Part shown: positions 12,505-23,641 of the stretch, in pieces
How positions within the stretch are numbered: the stretch's first letter is position 1
Layout of the letters: every line of letters begins with the position of its first letter
Assembly: GCA_965112735.1 (NCBI GenBank)
Contig: OZ218958.1
Location: forward strand, 310,001-374,000
From: Phaeosaccion multiseriatum
Lineage: Eukaryota > Protista > Ochrophyta, other classes
Direction of reading: 5' to 3'
Length of the DNA stretch: 64,000 nt
Notes under the pieces: generated by a model
What the model was told of the DNA's origin: nothing
The model's input: only the letters and a program-made list of their open reading frames with translations
Databases searched by the model: none
Translations under genes and position numbers: made by a program

Positions 12505-14830
12505 CGCGTGTGTGATGCGTGTGTGAGATGCGTTTGTGTGTAGATGCACTTGCATGTGTGTATGTGTATATGTGTGCATCCATGTGCGTGTGTGCGTGCG
12601 TGCGTGCGAGTGCCAATAGAGAGGAGAGCCAGTCACTATATACTGTGCACAAAGGCCTTCGTACCTAATTCGCTGCAGACGTTGGTGTCCCACGGGCACG
12701 CCGAGGTCTTTCTCCTCCTCACAGTTGACGACGATTCGCCCCCGCCGCCCCCGTCTTTGCGCTCTTCTGCTCCCCACGACTGTCCCGCCTGTCCCCCGCC
12801 ACTCCCCCTGCCGCCCTCGCTGCTCGCATTGCCCCCCTCCTTGCTCTCCTTGCCCTCCTCCGTGTCCGACTTCACACCCTCTTTCTCTTCCACCTGCCTC
12901 CCGGCCTTCCCGGCATGCTCGCCATCTTCCTCCTTCTCTTCCTCCCTCCCCTCCTCGTCACCTCTCTTTTCTTGCTCCCTCCTCTCCTTCTCTTCCTCGC
13001 TTCCCTCCTCCTCCTCTCCCTCTCCTCCCTTCTCTTCCTCCCTTCCTCCTCTTCTTTCCCCACCTTTCTCTTCTTCGCTTCCGCAGTCCTCCTCCTCCCT
13101 CCCCTCAACCGCATATCCTCCTCCTCGTCCTCATCCTCCTCCTCGTCCTCAATTTCCCTTAGGTCTTCCTCCTCAACCTTCCTCAGGAACTTCAGAATGT
13201 TCAGCCCATGTTCGGCATTCTGAGCCGCCTGCAAGAGTGAGGGAGGCAGACGAGAGAGAGAGAGAGAGAGAGGAGAGGGGGCCAAGGGTCAGAGGGGACT
13301 GGAGGATGGAGCAGAATTTCGGTTTCAGAAGATGGAGGAGAGCGGGATGGCGGAGAGCATCTGTGTTGGACACAAGTACGGCATGAAACTGACGACACGG
13401 ACGCAGAGCATCAGTGGCGGGAGATGTCTATCCTCTCGTCTGTACGCAGAGTGCCACTTCAGTCGGAAAGGTAGGGCAAAGCGTCAAACCATCACCGTCG
13501 CGAACGCGCGCACACACACAAAGCTCTCTCTCTGCTTCCCAGCTTCGCCCCCTATCACCACCTCTGCACCCTACGAATACACACACGCACATGCACACGC
13601 ACACGCACACGCACATGCACACACACACACACGCACACGCACACGCACACACGAGCACGAGCAACTGGCGGGGTGGCTGGCATGCCTCTTGCAATTGCAC
13701 TCACCCCCTGGCAGGCTGCCTCATTCCAAGGGCAGTTCATCTGGAAGAGCCGCTGGCACATGGGCACGTCGCCGAAGGTGGCTGCCGCTCGGAAGGCCAA
13801 CGCAGTAAGGGTGAGGCCCTGCTCTAAGCTCCACTTCAAGAAATCCCATTGTCCTGCGCAAGGGTGGCGTGGCATGTCGTGACACATGACGCATGGCGAA
13901 AAGAGGCCCGGACAGGGGAAGGAGCGCGGACATGGGCAGAGGTAGAGGCAGGGGGGGGCGGCAGGGGCACAAGTCGGTCAGAATGAGATTTGTTTTTTTG
14001 TTTGCTTTCTTTCTCGCAAAGTAGGATGGTTTTCTTATTCGAAAGTGTTGCTGATATTGCGGCCCGGGCGCAGACAATCAAACCAATCCTTTCCGAGGTG
14101 GGGCGGGCAGGGATTACACTGAAAGCTCCTGGAGCACAATCGTAAGCAGTAGCAGCACCCCCCCCTCCTCCTCCTTCGCGTACAAAGGTCCAGAAGAGCT
14201 GAACTTACCCGTGACCACTGCCAGCGTACAGACGCGGTCGTCCCACGGACACCTCTGCTCCTCCGGCAGAGAGCGCATCCACTTGACGATGACCCAGCCC
14301 AAGCCCTGCTCATTCCCAACCGCTTGACCACACACGGACTCGTTCCACGGAGTCTTGAGCGTGTGCAGCTCCTGGCATGTTTCCAGGTTCCCGTACTTGG
14401 CAGCAGCTTTGAAGGTTCCGAGCGTCGGCAGCAGAGCGCAAGGGGACCTCATTGCCCACGCCAGCCTCGATAGAGAGGCCACAGCGCTCCTCTGTGTGGT
14501 GCCCGTGGGCCCCACATGCGATTCCTCGCTGCTACTGGGTGGGTCGAGCCTCAGATAATCCGGCAGTGCCGGAGCCGCTGCGGGAGCGGGAGGAGGAGGA
14601 GCTGGGGCGGCACTGTGAAGATACTCCGTCCGCCACGCTTTGCTCACTGAGGCGATGAAGATGAAATGGCCTGGGCCCACCAGGTTCATCACCCTTGCGA
14701 GCACCCCGCTGATAGAGAGCGCCTTCACAGACGGGAGTTCGTCGTCGACCCATTCTGCGCTGCCACCTCCTGCGCTTTCCTGCTCCTCCTGCTGCTGTTT
14801 TTGCTTCTTCTGATGCTGCTGGTCATTCAT
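10628..14830 (-). CDS. Ankyrin-like 'CPW/PWD' repeat protein, 8 exons
   Basis: Exons ~14830-14208, 13853-13705, 13228-12665, 12448-12342, 11902-11815, 11434-11379, 11141-11069, 10772-10628. Repeats such as AAKYGNLETCQELH..PWNE, GQWDFLKW, GRLDTLKFLH, GRFEVLKW..CDWD. The acidic low-complexity exon 3 contains frame inconsistencies (possible indel errors). Confidence 0.75.
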
Positions 14831-14937
14831 CTCTTTTTTTTTTTCTCTCTCTCTCTCTCTCTCGCAAGACAGTGTCCGGTTTCGGTTTGGAGCAGCCCTT
14901 TTTGAAGTCAACAACAGCAAATCTCTCACCATGTGCC

Positions 14938-16729
14938 ATGTGCCAAGAAGGCGAGACTCCTCTGTACCACGCGACGGACAAGGGTAACTTTGACTTGGTG
15001 AAAGCATTTGTGGAGGTGGGTGCGAACATCAATGTGAAGTGTGCGAAGGAGCAGACTGCGCTGGCTCGGGCTGCAGAGTCTGGTCGCACGGACATCTTGG
15101 CGTTTCTGCTCGACAAGGGCGCGACAGTGGAGGGCAGCGACGCGTTGCATCGGGCGGCGGCTGTGGGTAGCTCTGTGTGTGTGAGAGCCATGCTCAAGGC
15201 CGGAGCCAAGCCGAACGACCGAGACAAGAAGGGCAGGACGCCTGCGCAGGTGTGCTGCTCTGGAACAGGAGGAGAACGAATTGAGTGTCTGTCTGCACTG
15301 CTGGAGAGCGGAGGGGATGTGCACGTGAATCGTGCGGGGGATACCCTACTTCATCTCGCCGCGGCTGCTGGAAATGTGGAGTGCTTTCCTCTCTTGCTGG
15401 AGATTGGGCAGCAGCTTGATACCAGAAATGAGCGAGGGGCAACACCGCTGTTTCAGGCGTGTCGATACCAACGCCTGGCGTGCGCGAAGGAACTCATTCA
15501 TCTCGGCTCCAGCCTTGATAGGGCGTCCACACTAGCGACCAGTGGACGCCCTCTCACCCCCCTCCTGCTTTCCGTCATGAGCGGCAATGTGGAGATTGCA
15601 TCGGAGCTAGTACGTGCCGGCGCCTCTGTGCATGCCAAGGCCGGCTACTCAGTCACTGCGCTACACTTCGCCGCTGCCTTGGGGAGCATAGAGATGGCCT
15701 ACCTGCTTGTGGAGGCTGCTGCTGACGTCAGCGCTCTCGATGAGCAGCAAGAGACTCCTCTGATGACCTGCATGCACCCTGGTGATAGCTTGGTGTACTA
15801 TCTTCTCGCAGAATATTTACCTGCTTTCGCCCCTCGTGCAAGGGTGAAGAAGGGAAGGAAGAAGGTTGCCACCTTTCTGCTCAAGATGGGCGCGGCCGGT
15901 TCTGGACGACAAAACCATCGCTCTGATTGCACAGAAGGGCTTTGGTGAAGTACTGTCCACGTTTGTGCACAAGGGCAGAGAGGAGCGGGACGCCCTTGTG
16001 GACCGGCTCGACACGGTGGCAGAGCACTTCTCAGTGAGTACCGCGGGTGACGACGAGAAGACCGACGATGTGGTGCGGGTACAGTTGATTAACAAGGCTA
16101 CCGGAGAGAAGGGACGGAAGCAGTACACCTTGAGCATGCCCTTGGTGGAGCAGCTCATGGAGCAGGTCAGGGAGGGAGGCGGGGAGGGCGAACAGAGCGA
16201 CGGCAACGAGTCCTCTGCTGCAGGCATTCTGCCCACCATACTCGACCCTTCCAAGCGCGGTTTCAAGGCTGGCAAGAAGGGCAATGGCAAGGGAAAGGTC
16301 AAGGAGATTGAGCTCGAGTACGACGGGGTGGGCTATACCGAGGAGGGCTTTGATGCTGTGGTCAAGTTCGTCACCACGGGCAGTGTGGAAGAGCTGTTGG
16401 CGACAAGGCCCAGATCAGCGGGGAAGAGAAAGAGAAGCCAGAGCAGCGGCAGCAGCGGAAGCGGCGAGGGGGCCAGCAGCAGTGGGGGGGCGAGTGAGAG
16501 GAAAGAGTGTGTGAAGCTATTTGACGAGGTCAGAGCGAAGCAAGCCCTGCAGGCAGCGGACTTCTTCTGCCTGGAGGGCATGTCGAGGGAGGTGAAGGCG
16601 TTGATGGGCGAGTTCGGCTTTGAGGTGCAGCGGGAGGAGGGAGGAGGGAACGAGCAGGAGAAGGAGGAGCAAGGGGAAGTAATCCATGTCGATGGCGACG
16701 GGCCCTCCGCCAAGAAGAGCAAGCCTTGA
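14938..16729 (+). CDS. Intronless ankyrin-repeat + BTB/POZ protein with one frameshift near 15893 (sequencing error or pseudogene)
   Basis: Canonical ankyrin repeats (GETPLYHA, GDTLLHLAA, GATPLFQA, TPLLLSV, TALHFAA) in ORF 14872-15948. Overlapping ORF 15866-16729 has BTB-like features (FDAVVKFVTTG...ALQAADFFCLEGM). The frames join as KMGA-PVLDDK. Confidence 0.7.
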
Positions 16730-18370
16730 GCAGAGCTCAGTGCTTCACACACCACAGGGTTAAGGGGCTGCGGAGGGGCACGCAGATAGAGGCAGAGGTT
16801 GAGGCAAAGAAGGCACGAAGCGGCGTGGGTTTTTGGACCACGACCTGATTATTATGGGAAGGGAGAGGGATCTACAAACGGTAGAGCTGTGGCAAGGAGA
16901 GGACGGAGAAGGGGGGGGGGGGGGGAGCAGTCGAGGCACGGGTGAGGAGCGGTGTCCACGAGAAGCAAGCTAAATCGCGCAAGGGAGGGCCGCGAACGGG
17001 GGCGGCCGCAGCAGTAGTAGCAGCTGCTGATGAAGGAGAGGAGGACGTGGAGCTAACATGTCTTGAAGCAAAAGAAGGAGAGTACAGACCTTGCCGAAGA
17101 AAGAGACAGGATGAGCAGCGAGTGGCGCAAATGGAGCGCCCGCAAGGGTGGCAAGATGTCAACGCACTCACTCGCTAGGGCCAAACATGGTGGCTTTGAC
17201 GGCGACTCCTCCTTTCAGGATTTCAAGAAGTGGAAGGAGCTGGGGATGAGCAAGAAGGAGGCAGAGACGGCACAGATCCTGTGCGGCTTCCTACCGAAGT
17301 ACGTGGTCAATATGGAAGGGAGGGAGGTGTAGATTGTGGATTTTTTTGGATTCGTGTGCCTCTCTCCGTCCATGCCGCTCTTCTCCTCTCTATACATGTA
17401 TCTCTCGCCCTCTCCCTCTCTCTCCTGATGTCATCGTGTTATATGTCCATTGTCCATGTCACACTGGGCGGCAACTGTACACACAGGCGGCTCACATGAT
17501 GACCACAGGAGGGGCGGAGTACGGCGTGACGGCGGAGAACATCACCATCGACTTCGCGAAGGTCATGGAGCGCATGCTCAAGATACGAGGTAAGAAGGCG
17601 GACAACCAACATGCATACATGTAACGGCATAGAGGCATAGAGGCAACAGGCGTAGAGGCAACAGGCATAGAAGCAAGGCAAGGCATGTAGGCCTCTCTCT
17701 CTCTCTCTCTCTCCACCCCCTTGAGCCCCTCACGCTCCTCCCTCACCACCCCCATCCACTGCCACCCCCCCCCCTCTCCTCTATCTGTCAGCTGGCATCT
17801 CGCACCACGACTCTGCCGAGCGTTTCAGGAACGACCTCGGCATCGATGTCTTCTTGGGTAGAGGGACCTTCACAGGACCCAACACCACTGAGGTCAATGG
17901 CAAGACCCTCAAGTTCAAGAAGGTATGCCAATAGTCAATAGGTGTATGTCACAATGGGCGGGTGGGTGGGTGCAGTATGTCAATGGTGTCGTATGTCATA
18001 GGTTGAGGGATGGAGGGTGGTGGGTGGACTAGCTGGGGAGGTGAGTGAGCCCGTCTTGTGGTGTAAGTGTGTCCTTCGCACCACACCCATGTCTGTTTGC
18101 CCTTTCCTTTTGTATTCTCTCTCTCTCCTCCCCACTTGCCCCCCCCCGTATCTTCTCTCTCCTCATACGCCTCCAACTACTCTCCCCCAAGGCGGTCGTC
18201 GGTACCGGTGGCACAGCGGCCCTCCCGCCCATCCCCGGTCTTGCCGAGGCCCCTTACCTCACCAATAACTCCATCTTCAAGCTCACCACTTTGCCCCCGA
18301 GGATGCTCGTCATTGGCGGAGGTAAGAGACAATGCATGTACATGCATGTGTACACCTCCTACTTCTTCTT

Positions 18371-18371
<1 letters not shown>

Positions 18372-18429
<58 letters not shown>

Positions 18430-18430
18430 G

Positions 18431-18463
<33 letters not shown>

Positions 18464-18526
18464 TTACTGCTGCTACTTCTTAGAGTACTAGTACTGCTAC
18501 TTCTACTTCTACTACTACTACTACTA

Positions 18527-18560
<34 letters not shown>

Positions 18561-18600
18561 CCCTGCTACCCCTGCTACTCCTACTACTCCTGCTACTCCT
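18372..18600. repeat. (TAC)n microsatellite, intronic
   Basis: Directly visible; gives spurious poly-Y/T/L ORFs. Confidence 0.95.
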
Positions 18601-18845
18601 GCTCTGCTTGACCCAAAGCGCGCAACGCTTCTCTCCTGCCTCGCCCTGCTCCCCTTCTCTCCTGCCTCTGGTTGTGCCTGGGACATCTATCATTGTCCCC
18701 ACCCTGACACCCCAACCCTCTATCCAATCCAACCCAACCCAACCCACCCAACACCCCCCCAGGGCCCATCGGTCTGGAGCTTGCCCAAGCAATGCGCCGC
18801 TTCGGATCGGAAGTAACCGTGTTGGTGCGCTCTGACCAGGTAAAA

Positions 18846-18923
<78 letters not shown>

Positions 18924-20204
18924 GTCTCTTTCTTCCTCTCGCCCCCCCCTCTCTCTCACCTCCACACCCCTCCATCTACCTCCCCCTCCCTCCCCTCCCT
19001 CCCCTCCCTCCCTCTCGGGCTCCTCCAAAAAATGATCGTGCCCAAGGAGGACAGAGACGCCGCTCGCATCGTGGAGGAGCAGCTCCTCGAAGACGGCATC
19101 AAGTTCAACTTCGACTTGAAGTTTGACAAGATGGAGACAGTCGTAGGGCAACAAGGAGCAGCCGGTGGAGACCATATGGCAACCGTCGCTGACGTCATGA
19201 GAGTAACGTGCCGACAAGACGGACCCGATGGAGAGGAGGAGAAGGAGGTGGTGTTCGAAGCCGAGGCACTGCTCGTTGCTACAGGACGTAAACCCAATGT
19301 CCAGGGCATTGGCCTCGAGGCCGCAGGGGTCAAGTATGACACTCGCAACGGGGTGGAGGTGAACGATCAGCTGCAGACGTCCAACAAGGCGATTTTCGCG
19401 GTGGGGGACTGCCGCACACCGTTTCAGTTCACGCACGTGTCGGACTTTATGGCGCGAATCGTCATTCGCAACGCGCTCTTCTTCGGCAAGGGCAAGTTCA
19501 GGTATGTTCATGTTGTCTCATGTCATCTTACATCATCTTATCTGCTGTGGAGCGGAGGTGTGGCATCCCTTGTAGTGGGTGGGGAGCGGGTGGGAGGTGC
19601 GGGTGGAAAGAGTGGTGACAGGCGGGCCGGCCCTGCATCCATTGGGTCTGTCGCTTCTCTTTTTCTTCTTCTTCTTTGTAGGATGAGAGATGCTGACCTA
19701 TCGCTCTCCCCTCCACCTCCACTCCACTCCTCTCCACCTCCACCACTTCCCTCTTCCCTTCCCCTCCCCCCCACCCCAACACCCCCACTCCACCCCACTC
19801 TACTCCACTATCAGCTCCCTGCTCATTCCCTGGGCCACCTACACGGAGCCCGAAGTCGCACAGGTGGGCCTGTACCCGCGCGATCTCGACGCGCAGGGCA
19901 TCAAGTACGACACGTACACCAAGCAACTCGCGGACGTTGATCGAGCCATCTGTGAGGGGGACACGAGCGGATTCGTCAAGGTACACGTGAAGGCCGGCTC
20001 GGATACCCTCCTCGGCGCCACCATTGTCGGGGCTAGTGCAGGGGACTTGATTAGTGAGCTCAGTGTGGCGATGCAGAATGGCATTGGGATTGGAAAGCTC
20101 GCCGCCGTCATCCACCCCTACCCCACGAGTGAGTTCATGCGTTGGTGGTCTATCTGCGTGTTGCGTGTCAGAGACGAGTTTCGTTTAACCTCTCCATCTT
20201 GTCG

Positions 20205-20332
<128 letters not shown>

Positions 20333-21587
20333 GTATCTCTGCCTGTCTCCTCCCAATATTACCTGCCTTTGAGCATGTGTCCCCTCTGTCTCCCAGTCCG
20401 GGACCGTGGGACCCGCTCACATCGCTCCGCACTCTCCCCTTGCTCCACTGCCATCCACTGCCATCCATCCATCCACTTCTGTCTCTCTTCAGCTGCCGAG
20501 GCTCTCCGACAGGTGGGCGACTTGTACAACAAGACACGTCTCACTCCTACCGTCAAGGGACTCTTCAGAAACCTCATGAAGATCCAGCGGAGATGAGAGA
20601 CAAGAGACAGATGCGAGACAGCAAGGCTGCTTGCTTACTGCACTCCAACGAGCAAGGAGGAGACAACTAACAGGGAGAGGGAGAGGGAGAGGGAGAGAGA
20701 GGGAGCAAGGCTAGTTGCTCACGGCACGGACACTGGTGACACTGGGCAGCTGATCTGAGGTTCTGTCTGGAGTGGACGAGTTGGTGGTATGGTGGAGGGG
20801 ATGGAGGAGCCTGTGATTTGAAGAGGGATTGATGTTAAGTTTTCTTTGACGACCTTCCTTCTATGTGTGTAGAGGGGGAGGGAGGGGTGTGAGGAGGCAC
20901 TTCATGCCGCTTATTGCAGAAGTGGGGGTAAGGAAGGCCTCGCCACAGCTTGCTGGCGATGAGGCTGGAGGGGGGAGGGGATGAGGGAGAGGGGAGGGAA
21001 TAAGATTTATATATATATATAAAAGGAAGCTCACTTGCGAAGCGTGGAAAGGACATTCGCCGCACTCTTGTGCCCTGTGGCGCGACTGCCCTTCTGCTCA
21101 GAGTCATCACAAGGCCCCTTCATAGTATCGGGCGGTGCCATGTAGTTGCCGACACACACACTCTCTCTCTCTCTCTCGCGACATGAATGGAGCATGACCC
21201 CCTGGCTGCCTTCAAAGAGTGATTAGGTGCGATGAGCGGCGAGAATGTTCCTTCCATCGCGCAGCGAGAGAGCGAGAGTGCGACAGCCTGGAGGTGTAGG
21301 TACGCTCTCAGAGGCCCCGCAGCACCTCTCTCTCTCACTGCGATAGCGATGTCTGCAGTGGCCGTCCCACGGCAAGGCCCGTCGTCAAGTAGTGAATGGA
21401 GCGGGCAGAGCTTCCGATGACTCGCCTCCAGCTACGATGTCCACTATGTGCTGCATGCCTCCCCCCTTCCTCTCTTTCCTCGGAGGAGCGCTGCGCTGTC
21501 CTTGCTACAAAGGACACGTCTGTCTCCTACAGCTCAATAATCGCCGGGTTCATCATCTTCTTCCTCCTCCTCTCCCTCCCCCCCCTC

Positions 21588-23183
21588 CTAATAATCGTCC
21601 TCGTACTCGTATATGATAAGACCCTCAGGTCGATCAGCAGGCAGAGGATAGTCCTCACCAACGGTTAGCTCCATGAGGTCAGCAGGCAGCTTCTCAATGG
21701 GGCAGGTGTAGTTCCGTCCAAGCTTGAGAATCCGGAGCGAAGCAGGCAGGGCCAGGGGGAGGTTAAAGTCCCACCCCATGTTCACCTCCTCCACACCGCA
21801 AGGAAGGACCACGTGCTGATAGAACCAAAAGCCAAATGTGATCTTCTTCAGCGAAGCGGGCAGCTCCAGAGGGAGGTTAAAGTACCTACCCATGTCCACC
21901 TCCTCCACACCGCAAGGAAGGACCACGTGCTGATTGAACATTTCGCCAAATCTGATCTTCTTCAGCGAGGCAGGCAGCTCCACAGGGAGGTTAAACGCAC
22001 ACCCCATCTCCACCTCCTCCACACCGCCAGGAAGGACCACGTGCTGATTGAAGTGTGCGCCAAATCTGATCTTCTTCAGAGAAGCGGGGAGATCCAAAGG
22101 GAGGTTAAAGAACTTACCCATATCCACCTCCTCCACACCGCAAGGAAAAGCCACGTGCTGATTGAAGCTCGAGCCAAATGTGATCTTCTTCAGCGAAGCG
22201 GGCAGGTCGAGAGGGAGGTTAAAGGCCCACCCCATCTCCACCTCCTCCACACCGCAAGGAAGGACCACGTGCTGATTGAAGCTCGAGCCAAATGTGATCT
22301 TCTTCAGCGAAGCGGGGAGATCCAGAGGGAGGTCAAAGGCCCACCCCATCTGCACCTCCTCCACACCGCAAGGAAGGACCACGGGCTGATCGAACCTTGA
22401 GCCAAATGTGATCTTCTTCAGCGAAGCGGGCAGGTCGAGAGGGAGGTTAAAGTCACACCCCATCTCCACCTCCTCCACACCGCAAGGAAGGACCACGTGC
22501 TGATTGAAGCTTTCGCCAAATGTGATCTTCTTCAGCGAAGCCGGGAGATCCAGAGGGAGGTTGAAGTCCCGCCCCATCTGCACCTCCTCCACGGTTCTTG
22601 GCAATGCGATGTTAGCTTGGTTGAAATGGTCCGAGAAACACACACGCTTGACCGATGCCGGTAATAGCGCCAACGCCTTCGTGACCAGAGTTTCGTCAGC
22701 GGAGGCCAGATCAAGAACATGACAGTAGCTCCTGCTGGGACCCAGGCGCACAGCTGCAATGCCGAACGTGCGTCTCGGTTTGCCTCCCCTCAAGCCCCCC
22801 TCTACTACCTCTCCGCTGCCAATGGCCCCCACCTCTGCCGCTAGAGATGGTGAAATACGAGTGTGCTTCTCCTCTTCCCGCTGCTGCCACCGGAGGAGAC
22901 CGAGCATATGCTGTTGGACAGGGGCGGGTGCAGCGGAATTCAGCACGAGAGTGCGTGATGTCACCTCGTCGAGGGCCCGGCTGACACCCCAAAGTTCCTT
23001 GCTCCGCAGTACGGTATCGAGAACACCCCAGGCCGCCACAGTCTGGCTCCTGCTGTCCCCAGCTTGGACGGTGCACGCAGTAGAGATACCAGCGGCGCTC
23101 TGCTGCTGGGGACTGTGAAATATCATCCTCCCCGCCTCTCCCGCCTCTCCCTGTTGCCGGCACTCCTGAGCGCGGCGTTTCAT
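21588..23183 (-). CDS. FNIP-repeat (LRR-like) protein, intronless
   Basis: Alternating 19-aa units LPASLKKITFGxxFNQHVV and LPCGVEEVxMGxxFNLPLD match the FNIP consensus. First ATG is at 23183 (the ORF track starts at a GTG at 23342). Confidence 0.85.
   Translation of the reverse strand: MKRRAQECRQQGEAGEAGRMIFHSPQQQSAAGISTACTVQAGDSRSQTVAAWGVLDTVLRSKELWGVSRALDEVTSRTLVLNSAAPAPVQQHMLGLLRWQQREEEKHTRISPSLAAEVGAIGSGEVVEGGLRGGKPRRTFGIAAVRLGPSRSYCHVLDLASADETLVTKALALLPASVKRVCFSDHFNQANIALPRTVEEVQMGRDFNLPLDLPASLKKITFGESFNQHVVLPCGVEEVEMGCDFNLPLDLPASLKKITFGSRFDQPVVLPCGVEEVQMGWAFDLPLDLPASLKKITFGSSFNQHVVLPCGVEEVEMGWAFNLPLDLPASLKKITFGSSFNQHVAFPCGVEEVDMGKFFNLPLDLPASLKKIRFGAHFNQHVVLPGGVEEVEMGCAFNLPVELPASLKKIRFGEMFNQHVVLPCGVEEVDMGRYFNLPLELPASLKKITFGFWFYQHVVLPCGVEEVNMGWDFNLPLALPASLRILKLGRNYTCPIEKLPADLMELTVGEDYPLPADRPEGLIIYEYEDDY
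21740..22600 (-). repeat. 114-bp coding tandem repeat, ~7.5 copies
   Basis: Anchor gccaaatStgatcttcttcag recurs at 21831, 21945, 22059, 22173, 22287, 22401 and 22515 (period 114). Confidence 0.95.
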
Positions 23184-23641
23184 TGCTCTTCCCTTTCGGG
23201 GGAAAGAAAAAAAGGCTGGGGCCCGGTACAGAGAGCGATGATAGCTGACAGCAGTCAGTGGCTGTAGAGGAGAAGTTGAGGTGCGGGAAGATGGTTCAAG
23301 TCCTGCGTATTCGCGTTCAAAGCTCCTCACTGGATCCGTCACGCGAGCCTCCCCATTATAAACCTCTGTGAAGGCTGTTTTGAAGCACCAACACGCTAAG
23401 GCCGTGGGAGGAGGCTCGGGTCGCCTGAGGCCCCTTCCTCTGGAGCAGAGCGGTCTTGAGTCGGTCCGAAGGTAGTGGTGCTACACGGTGTGAGCACAAG
23501 AGGACACAAGAGCAAGTGGAGTAGAGTAGGCAAATGCGACCCCAGTGGAGCGCCGAGGTTAGAAGGCAAGAAGCAATACATATATAGAAATACGGCTGCT
23601 CTGCCCATGCTGCTCTGCCCAAGCTGCTCTGCCCCGCTTCG

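Noticed and set aside
15880-15905. Programmed ribosomal frameshift between ANK and BTB
   Set aside because: No slippery sequence or evident stimulatory structure; an indel is more parsimonious.
18045-18975. Poly-Y/T/L/S ORFs, and similar poly-RE, PPSL, HT and CV ORFs across the window
   Set aside because: Translations of intronic microsatellites.
21740-22600. 114-bp repeats as a CRISPR array or DGR template/variable-repeat pair
   Set aside because: In-frame coding repeats; no reverse transcriptase or separate template repeat in the window, and the variation is not evidently adenine-specific.
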